64,000 bases of DNA from an uncultured Methanosarcinaceae archaeon. Lineage in GTDB: Archaea > Halobacteriota > Methanosarcinia > Methanosarcinales > Methanosarcinaceae. Under the pieces are notes generated by a model. That model had not been told where the DNA came from. It searched no databases and saw nothing but the letters and a program-made list of their open reading frames with translations. Positions 56,843 through 64,000 of the stretch are shown here, one piece after another (the stretch's first letter is position 1; each line of letters begins with the position of its first letter). Both the position numbers and the translations under genes were made by a program. Where the stretch lies: the NCBI GenBank assembly GCA_963847185.1, contig CAWJYV010000010.1, forward strand, positions 320,001-384,000, given 5' to 3'.

Positions 56843-56971
56843 GGAAGAAGCAGAATCCCAGAGGATGAAGCTGAAGGCATTGAAGATCTTGAAGATATAG
56901 AAGAACTTGAAGACTTTGAAGAGCCAGAAGATGCTGATGAAGAAGAGCTGGAAGAAGAGTGAAATATTGAA

Positions 56972-57060
56972 AATGGCTGAAAAGCCGAAAAAGGCTAAAA
57001 CGCTGAATAGGCTGAAGCTGAAAAGCTAAAATGCTGAATAGACTAAAAATGCCTGAAAAA
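56972..57060. repeat. Degenerate short tandem repeats (GCTGAAAA / GCTAAAA)
   Basis: Multiple imperfect copies 3' of gyrA. Confidence 0.7.
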
Positions 57061-57090
57061 GGATAATTAAGTGACTTAAATTAAATGTAC

Positions 57091-57300
57091 GGGTGAAGGA
57101 AACTGATCCTTCACTCAACTGCTACCAAAATGAAGATTTGGATCGATCTATTTCTAACAGAGTGATTTTCAGTCTGGAGGGAAGGCAGGAGGCGAACTTC
57201 GTTATGGAGTCACTCTTTTCGGTAGTGGGGTAGTTATTGATTAAATACTGCAAAAAGGGCACGTCTGCCTTCACTTGCGATTTTCAATAAGTTTCCCCAC
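57091..57300 (+). ncRNA. Candidate structured ncRNA with loop-loop pairing (no known family recognised)
   Basis: Four to five helices plus complementary loops GAAGGCAGG / TCTGCCTTC. G-U pairs favour the + strand. T-rich tail follows. Confidence 0.55.
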
Positions 57301-57393
57301 GGCCTGATTTACTGTTTGATTCCCCTATTTTATTTTCCTGTTTGAATACCCATTTTTATTCTGAGATGACTTCTGTCCAGATCTCAAAAGTCA

Positions 57394-57465
57394 ATGAGTA
57401 TGATTGTATATATTACTCATGATTATATAAACTATCTCGAATATATTCTTCGTAATATTACTCAT
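57394..57465. promoter_or_regulatory. TATA box flanked by ATGAGTA/TACTCAT operator-like repeats
   Basis: ATGAGTA-N13-TACTCAT (57394-57420), TTATATAA (57423-57430), second ATATTACTCAT (57455-57465). Confidence 0.45.
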
Positions 57466-58003
57466 TTTAACACTTACGTACTTGAATAACTGATGAGGCG
57501 AGCAGGATTTCAGATAAGCAAGTTTGTCATAATAATCTGATCTAGATAGTTTGAATCATGTGATAATGCTTTCCGAATATAACTGTATAAGTCACTTACC
57601 TTCAACAATTGTGTTGGTATTTTTATACTTTATATACTTTATTTTGTGGTCTCTGAATAAACTGATATATCAATTGTTCATAAATTATAAGGGTTTAAAA
57701 AGTCCAATGAGGATATAAATCGGTATATCATGTTCCATCTAATTTTTAAGGTTAAAAAAAACTTATTTACTCCAGATAATTATGTTTACGCTCGTTTTGC
57801 TTTAAAATAAGCCTTGTGTTTTAGGCAAGATACTCAGTGAACGATGATTAATGAAGGATACTTGGAAGATACTATAGTGAATTTAAGCGTTGATCAAAAT
57901 TGAAAAAGAAATGTATCTTCATGTTCGGAAAAAAAGTAGAGAAACTTTATGCTTCAAATTTCGAAACTTCCTCTTAAAAGTTGAAGTTTAAAGCTCCTTA
58001 TAA

Positions 58004-58422
58004 GAGCCTATCCGGAAAGTCCTGCTGCTCTGAATGTTATCCATGCACATGCTAAATGTAGTATAGCAAGGTAGTTCTCAATTTTCTTTTCCCAGATTAT
58101 CAACAGTCTTCTGAATCTGTTTTTTGTCATAGCTCCATCAATCGCTTGTCACTCCCAATTTATTCTTTTTTCATCATCATAATCCAACAGACCAGCTTGC
58201 CACATTCTTTCAAATAAGCCAGCTTTCTACCGCTCCTGGAATCGATCATGGACGGTACCTGGTGCTCCATAAAAGCGTGGCAAAGCTTTCCATTGGCAGC
58301 CGTAAGAAGAAAATAAAAATACCGCTAAAGAGTTTCCAATCATCTTCGCGAGGTGCCGTTTTGAGTTTTGTCACTACCACAATTACCATTTATCGGAAGC
58401 AAAATACTTTTCGGATAGACTA
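58004..58422 (-). mobile_element. Internally deleted IS5-family element with both TIRs
   Basis: TIRs GAGCCTATCCGGAAAGT / ACTTTTCGGATAGACTA. Minus-strand fragments ALPRFYGAPGTVHDRFQE...GLFERMWQ...AIDGAMTK are joined to NRFRRLLIIWEKKIENYLAILHLACAWI. Confidence 0.85.
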
Positions 58423-58620
58423 CAAATATTCGCACTTCCCTATCAAATGTTAAATATACTTTATAATAAAATATATAATGTTAGGAAGTAATTTATACCA
58501 AGACATACATTCTAACTATTAACTCTCAGATTAGATTTATTTTAGAAGAGATTTACTAAAGAATCAAAGATATAACCTTTTGAGCAATCCTGAGAGAGTT
58601 CATATAAAGGAGGAATATTT

Positions 58621-58935
58621 ATGCAAAAAGTAGAATTATTGCCGCCAATTACTACAAAAGCTGGAGATATATTTGAGGTTTCAATGCCTTCGAATCCCTC
58701 GACTGGTTACAGCAGCTTACTGTCAGAAATGCCACATTGTGTTTATTTCGTCGATTCAACATATGTACCAGATGAACCTGTCAGACAAGGAAGCGGAGGC
58801 ACCAGCACGTTCAGGTTTGTCGCAGTCAAAAAAGGCGAAGGCAAAATCATCTTCCATAATGTGAAGTTCTCTCACCCTCTTGACATAGAAGAACCCACAC
58901 CTATGCAAAACAGATTTGTTATAGTAGAACAATGA
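58621..58935 (+). CDS. Chagasin-family cysteine-protease inhibitor (I42)
   Basis: SNPSTGY and GSGG...FRF.A...G motifs. Strong AGGAGG RBS. Confidence 0.85.
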   Translation: MQKVELLPPITTKAGDIFEVSMPSNPSTGYSSLLSEMPHCVYFVDSTYVPDEPVRQGSGGTSTFRFVAVKKGEGKIIFHNVKFSHPLDIEEPTPMQNRFVIVEQ

Positions 58936-59281
58936 GGTGGCTTTACTCTCCACTCTCTTTCCTTTTTTTAAAACAAAAAACAGTTTAGTATAATTGTTCA
59001 GATTTCTCAATTGCCAATTCTCAAGATCTTTTTTGAATTTATGGAAATTCCATCAGTTTTTTACCGTATTTTCGTTATCTTAAGACGGGTTTGAGTTTCG
59101 ATGAATCTTAAAAACGGGGTATCATACGACTGAGAAACAGGCGGCACAGACCTATATTAAGTGAAAATGTGATTGGCATACCAGGATAAAAAAATTAATC
59201 AGGTCATATGTCAAAATGATTCGCAAATAGTAAGGAAGCAAGTAGATGCCTGAAACTGCTATTGAAGATTGGAGAAAACAA

Positions 59282-60299
59282 TTTCGTGTCCTTGAGTAAT
59301 TGACATGTTTTTTATACATCTGTGAATTCTATTATTGTTTGGGGGAGTTGAAATCACTTCCAAAATAGATTTATCACAGTTTTGTTGCTTGAATAAAGAT
59401 TGTCCTGATTATGGAATGAAAAATCAAGGAAATATTGTCTTCAAAGAAAGATATGGCAAAAATAACCATGCTCTTCTTAAATGTAAAACTTGCAATCATT
59501 GCTTTAGTGAAACAAAAGGTACTGTCTTTTTTGGACTTGAGACGGTCGATGAGATCTGGTCATATATAAAAAAAGCAAAAAAATGTGACTGATGAAGACT
59601 CTGATGATTCTGGAGACGTCTACTCACTTACAGCAATCAAAAGTGACACACGACTATTCCTTTTCATCAGGAAGGAAAATGTAGTACGGAGGATGCTATT
59701 GAACTATTTAAAGAGGTTGAGAAGATACGGAGCGCATCTTCTCTCATTCCTATATTTATTTCCGATGATTGAGATGCATTTGTAGAAGGATTGATAAACG
59801 TTCATGGTAAGATTGAGTTGCCTCAATACAAAGGGATGGAAGGAAACCACTACCTAAATTGACTCCTGTTGAAGGTCTGAAGTACATCAAAGTACTCAAG
59901 AAAAAAGTTAAAGGATATGTAGTTGAAGCAATTCAAAGTATCATCTTTGAAGACCCAGAAGAAATATTCGAGATGCTCGAAGCTAATGTGGATAACTACA
60001 TTGGTACTTCATACGTAGAAAGGATAAATCTTATAATTAGGGCATCTCTTGCAAGATTCATAAGAAAAGGGATGAATTTCAGTAAAACAATTAAAATGCA
60101 TCAGAAGGTTTTTGATTTCTTCCAAGCATGGTATAACTTTATAAAACCTCATGATCTTCTAAAATTAAAAACTGACTCTGGAAACAGAAGATGGCTCAAA
60201 AGAACCCCAGCAATGGCGGAAAATCTAACTGGGCATATATGGAGTTTAAGGGAGTTATTAACGTTCAGAGTTCCAGTTTAATAACTCAGGGACACGACC
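59282..60299 (+). mobile_element. Degraded IS1-family element
   Basis: TIRs TCGTGTCCTTGAGT / ACTCAGGGACACGA. Fragments carry a Zn-ribbon (CLNKDC...CKTC), DEIWSYI, TSYVERIN, WYNFIKPH and RTPAMA...HIWSLRELL, with several frameshifts. Confidence 0.85.
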
Positions 60300-60378
60300 T
60301 AAAAATAATTATTTAGTTAAAAGTTTTCAGGCCAAAAAAAAGGAAATTTTCCATAACTTTAATCACGAAATTGGCCTG

Positions 60379-60642
60379 TCACCATGCTACTTTATATCCA
60401 AAAACCGTATCTTGACATTCTTGACAAAGTCCAGAACTTTTAAATTCCTTAATAAAAACTTCATTTCTGAATTCTTCTTCGTTTACTTTTTCCGCACATA
60501 GCGGACATTTACACTCCCGACATGTGCACACTTTAACTCTCGGAACTTTTCTTCCAAATCCTAATGACTTTAGAAAGCTCTTTTTTTCTATTTTCATATC
60601 CATCAACTCTGCAACTCCATGATTACAATATGTCGCTGTCAT
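60379..60642 (-). CDS. Small Cys-rich zinc-finger protein
   Basis: CTCRECKCPLC...GLCQECQD. GGGTGG RBS before the ATG at 60642. Confidence 0.75.
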   Translation of the reverse strand: MTATYCNHGVAELMDMKIEKKSFLKSLGFGRKVPRVKVCTCRECKCPLCAEKVNEEEFRNEVFIKEFKSSGLCQECQDTVFGYKVAW

Positions 60643-61094
60643 AGAACCACCCCAATAAATAGGGGAAAAATGCACAAACGGCTCCATTCCCTCAGCTCAA
60701 ATACTGAATACTCGGATACGTATCAACAAACAATACGATTTCAACGCTTACAGTTAATGTTTTAATCTTTTTTAGGGGTCCTACTCGCGAATTTTTGATA
60801 TACAAAAGTAGAATTCTTGTTTTAATGGATCTTATTCGCGCATATAATAATCTACAGAATCCCATATAAATCTATTGATTTTTTCTAAATTCTTGCTTTC
60901 ATAGGACTTCAAAAAACTCTTAAAATCTCTTATTTAACCTAACACCTGCTATATGTAGCTATTTTTAATAACCAGGATATATATGTGGTTATTTTTGCTT
61001 GTAAACTCTAAAGAATGTGGTTTTCGAGGTAAAAGAAAAAGAGACTACCTATAAGAAAAATAAAGAAAGTGTAGAGGCTCTTCTTGTAAGAACA

Positions 61095-61190
61095 GAGCCT
61101 ATCCCAAAACCTATTTTTTCCATATCCATAGGAATTTCATAACTACTTTCCTGATCAGTAGCTCAATTAAATATTTTTAAGTTGAGATTC
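61095..61190 (+). mobile_element. MITE / IS5-type end fragment
   Basis: Begins GAGCCTATCCCAAAA. Homologous to the reverse complement of 41830-41916 and shares its terminus with the TIR at 58004. Confidence 0.55.
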
Positions 61191-61273
61191 AAAGAAGTAG
61201 TTTTTGAGTGGGATCTTTCCTTTTACATAAGACACCTAGTTATCTCAGAAAGCCCTTCAAAATCAAATTATAT

Positions 61274-61459
61274 TCATTTTATTCTATCTCTACTTCTCGG
61301 GTTTAAAGGATCTATCCCAAAAAGCAAAACTGTAAATAATACGGTTACAGTTCCTGTTCTCCATAGAAACGAATATGCAGTAGTGTTCAAGAGTGTACCT
61401 ATAATCGTTAATAAGACTCCCAATAGCAGTAAAATTCGAAGCTTTTTGCCCACTGTCAT
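61274..61459 (-). CDS. Possible small 2-TM membrane protein
   Basis: ATG after a GGGGGAG RBS, two hydrophobic helices. Confidence 0.5.
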   Translation of the reverse strand: MTVGKKLRILLLLGVLLTIIGTLLNTTAYSFLWRTGTVTVLFTVLLFGIDPLNPRSRDRIK

Positions 61460-61615
61460 TCTCCCCCTTGTTCCCCATTTTAATAGGTTGTTTTAAATAG
61501 GGCCAATTCAATAGTAAGATGCCTGTTTTTGGCATGCGAATTTAAATATTGAATATTCTTAACCCTTATTTGTTGTTTCTTCCATAAAGTATGTTTACCA
61601 AAAAATTTCAATATT

Positions 61616-62068
61616 TCAATTGTACCCGTTCCCGCGGACAACCATGACCGGGACTTTTGAGCCTCTAACTACTTTTTCTGCAACACTTCCCAGTAGAAAT
61701 TTATCGAATCCGGTTTTTCCAAGAGTGCCCATTACTATCAGATCCATCTGGTTTTTTTCTGCAAAGTTGATAATCTCATTACTCGGATGTCCTTCTAAAA
61801 GAACTCCTTTTATTTCTACCCCTGAATCCTCTCCGATCTTTTTAGTTTTAGATAATATTTTATCCCCTTCATTTCTCATCATTTCGTAGAATAAATTCTT
61901 GTCTATAGTCCAATCTTCTGATATTAGGGAAGGTATATCTACTACGTGAAGGGCATAGAGGGTAGCTCCGCTAAGCTTTGCAACCTCAATACCTTGAGAA
62001 ATAGCCCTCTGGGTATTCTCAGATCCGTCTGTTGCAATTACTATATTTCGGTAAAACTCGCTTTTCAT
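61616..62068 (-). CDS. Universal stress protein (UspA family)
   Basis: IVIATDGS, DLIVMGTLG, LLGSVAEKVVR. Confidence 0.95.
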   Translation of the reverse strand: MKSEFYRNIVIATDGSENTQRAISQGIEVAKLSGATLYALHVVDIPSLISEDWTIDKNLFYEMMRNEGDKILSKTKKIGEDSGVEIKGVLLEGHPSNEIINFAEKNQMDLIVMGTLGKTGFDKFLLGSVAEKVVRGSKVPVMVVRGNGYN

Positions 62069-62265
62069 ATGTTATCCTCCATTTGCTTTACGCATAAAAC
62101 ATCGATGTGAAAAAAGATGAATTCAACTATTTCCAAAAATAAAGTGGTATAGCCTTATTAAAAGGCTACTTGGACATTTCTTTGATATACTTGCTAATCA
62201 AACATTTTGGTTATTTACTGATGGCCTTCATGTTGGCATTGTCTTTTTCTATTGACATTTTAGCT

Positions 62266-63318
62266 TCAATCCTGTTTCTTCTTTCTTAACACGACAAAGC
62301 AAGCTGCAAGAGCCACAAATGAGATGCCTGTTCCAAGCCCAAATCCTGGAAGTTTATTCTCAGCTTGCAGGATTTCTGTTTCTACTTTTACAGTATCTGA
62401 AATCTGGTCATGCCCTTCTGTATCTTCATAAAGAATCTCGCTGCTTAAAGAGTAGGGCTTTGGGGTTGCTTCCGAGTCAACAGACAAGTCAAAAGCTGCA
62501 ACTGCACTGTCTCCAGATTTTAGAGTTCCAAGGTAAGCCTGGTCATCAGTTGTACTGAAGGGGTCACTGGCACTTAATCTGACAGTTGCATCTTTTGCAG
62601 ACTCTTCACCGGTGTTTTTGTAAGTAACATAAAGCATGCCCCCTTCATCAGGGTAAAGGTCGCCTGTTACATTTGTGACCTCAAAGTCAGCCTCTTTCTT
62701 GACATGAACTTCTATTGTCTGGTTTTGACTCATAGTCTCATACCATACACCTACTCCCTGATTAGTAACCAAACCCGTAGTGGTATCATACTCATCTCCA
62801 CTTACCTGTACATTGTTCTGATATAGGTACGAAAGGTTCAGATTTAAGGGGTATGTGCCTGCAGGCGCATTATTACTAATTTCGATGGTGAACTTAGTAG
62901 GATTTGAGCTTTCTTTTCCCTGCTGAAGAGTTCCAGATTTTTGAGTTCCAGATTTTACTTTTATATACGGACTATCGGATGTAAGAGTTGCATTGATTCC
63001 AATAGCCGTAACAGCCTGAGATTCGTATTTCATTTCCGCCTGTTGCAGCACACCATCAACGGTTGTATCCGCTTCATCTTCGGATTCAAAACCAGTGATT
63101 ACTCCCTTATTTATAAGTCCTATATTCAGGGTAACCGTATCCCCCCTGGAGTACTCATTATCTCCAACTAAAGAGGCTTCCAGACTCGGCCCCCCATACA
63201 CTGTGTAAAAATTGTCCTCTAAATCAAAATTCTTCGGGAAAGATGCCTGTACAGGAATTGATGCGAGCAAAAACATAAGAAGGGTTGCGATCGCAGCGAT
63301 AGACCTTTTTTTAATCAT
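62266..63318 (-). CDS. COG1361 S-layer-domain surface protein with PGF-CTERM sorting signal
   Basis: Signal peptide, Ig-like repeats (NTG...A.DA.V.L), C-terminal LPGF-TM-RKKK. Confidence 0.87.
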   Translation of the reverse strand: MIKKRSIAAIATLLMFLLASIPVQASFPKNFDLEDNFYTVYGGPSLEASLVGDNEYSRGDTVTLNIGLINKGVITGFESEDEADTTVDGVLQQAEMKYESQAVTAIGINATLTSDSPYIKVKSGTQKSGTLQQGKESSNPTKFTIEISNNAPAGTYPLNLNLSYLYQNNVQVSGDEYDTTTGLVTNQGVGVWYETMSQNQTIEVHVKKEADFEVTNVTGDLYPDEGGMLYVTYKNTGEESAKDATVRLSASDPFSTTDDQAYLGTLKSGDSAVAAFDLSVDSEATPKPYSLSSEILYEDTEGHDQISDTVKVETEILQAENKLPGFGLGTGISFVALAACFVVLRKKKQD

Positions 63319-64000
63319 TTTCATCACCTGATGCATTCTCATTGTATTTTTTTCTATTGCGAAGCGCCTTTACAGCTTGGTAGACAAAGATAAGAGCTAT
63401 TGAGATTATTACTATGGCAGTTATGCTGATACTGGATTCAGTCATTTCCATAGGTGCATTTACTTTAATGTTGTCGGATAACTCCATTTCCCCGTTATCA
63501 TCTATGTATTTTATTTCACTGTCAATACTGTAGTTTTTCACCACAGCTCCAGAATCAGCCGAGATATCAAATGATGCTGTTCGGCTTTCTCCTGGACCGA
63601 TTGATCCGAGTCTGACAACGGATTTACTTGTGCTGAGTGGTTTCATGGCAACGATTTTGACCTGAGCATCCTCAGCTACGGCATCGCCTACGTTAGTGTA
63701 GGTAACGTTTATTTTGCTTGTAGATTCTTGTTTTAAACTGCCTGAAACTTTGCTTACTTCAAACTTTGGTTCTTTTTTGATCGATACGTGAAGAGGAATT
63801 GTAACATTCCGTGTAGTATATTCTTGTGCAAATCCCGGGGTGGAAGACTGTGTAAATCCCACATTGTTAGAAATCCCCAGGTTCACCGTTTTTGAAGTTT
63901 CCGTCCGGACATTGCTCTGATACTCATAAGTCACAGGAAGCTTCAGCTCATACTCTCCTGCCGGGGCATCACTATCAATACGTATGCTGAACTTGATGGG
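63311..64000 (-). CDS. COG1361 S-layer-domain protein (partial, start outside window)
   Basis: Paralogous to the downstream gene (PAGEY.LKLPVTYEYQSNV...FEV..V.G.L...Y.N.G). C-terminal TM. Confidence 0.85.
   Translation of the reverse strand, partial: PIKFSIRIDSDAPAGEYELKLPVTYEYQSNVRTETSKTVNLGISNNVGFTQSSTPGFAQEYTTRNVTIPLHVSIKKEPKFEVSKVSGSLKQESTSKINVTYTNVGDAVAEDAQVKIVAMKPLSTSKSVVRLGSIGPGESRTASFDISADSGAVVKNYSIDSEIKYIDDNGEMELSDNIKVNAPMEMTESSISITAIVIISIALIFVYQAVKALRNRKKYNENASGDEND

Overview
Chromosomal window from a methanogenic archaeon, most likely a Methanosarcina species. This is inferred from top6B-top6A next to gyrB-gyrA, disaggregatase-like beta-helix proteins, PKD and PGF-CTERM surface proteins, a SET-domain protein and long AT-rich intergenic regions. 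Core genes include eno, nrdJ, top6AB, gyrBA, acyP, mgtA, transporters and regulators. Accessory or decaying material includes an intact-looking IS701-family element, IS5- and IS1-family remnants, MITE ends, and tatA, SDR, PAS and TrmB relics. Several conserved genes carry isolated small frameshifts, probably assembly indel errors. The best leads are: (i) a tightly coupled three-gene operon at 9.5-10.5 kb that looks like a decayed CHAT/caspase-type sensor, Zn-ribbon protein and PycTM-like membrane effector, i.e. a candidate defence system; (ii) two unannotated structured RNA candidates, one with a 9-bp kissing loop downstream of gyrA (57.1-57.3 kb) and one riboswitch-like leader upstream of a PKD protein gene (42.1-42.3 kb); (iii) an atypical ThyX-like gene, an orphan anfO-like gene behind a ModE-like palindrome, a C2H2 finger in a RavA-type ATPase, and phased A-tracts in the gyrBA promoter. 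No rRNA, tRNA or CRISPR array was recognised. All family calls come from motif recognition by eye, not from database searches.
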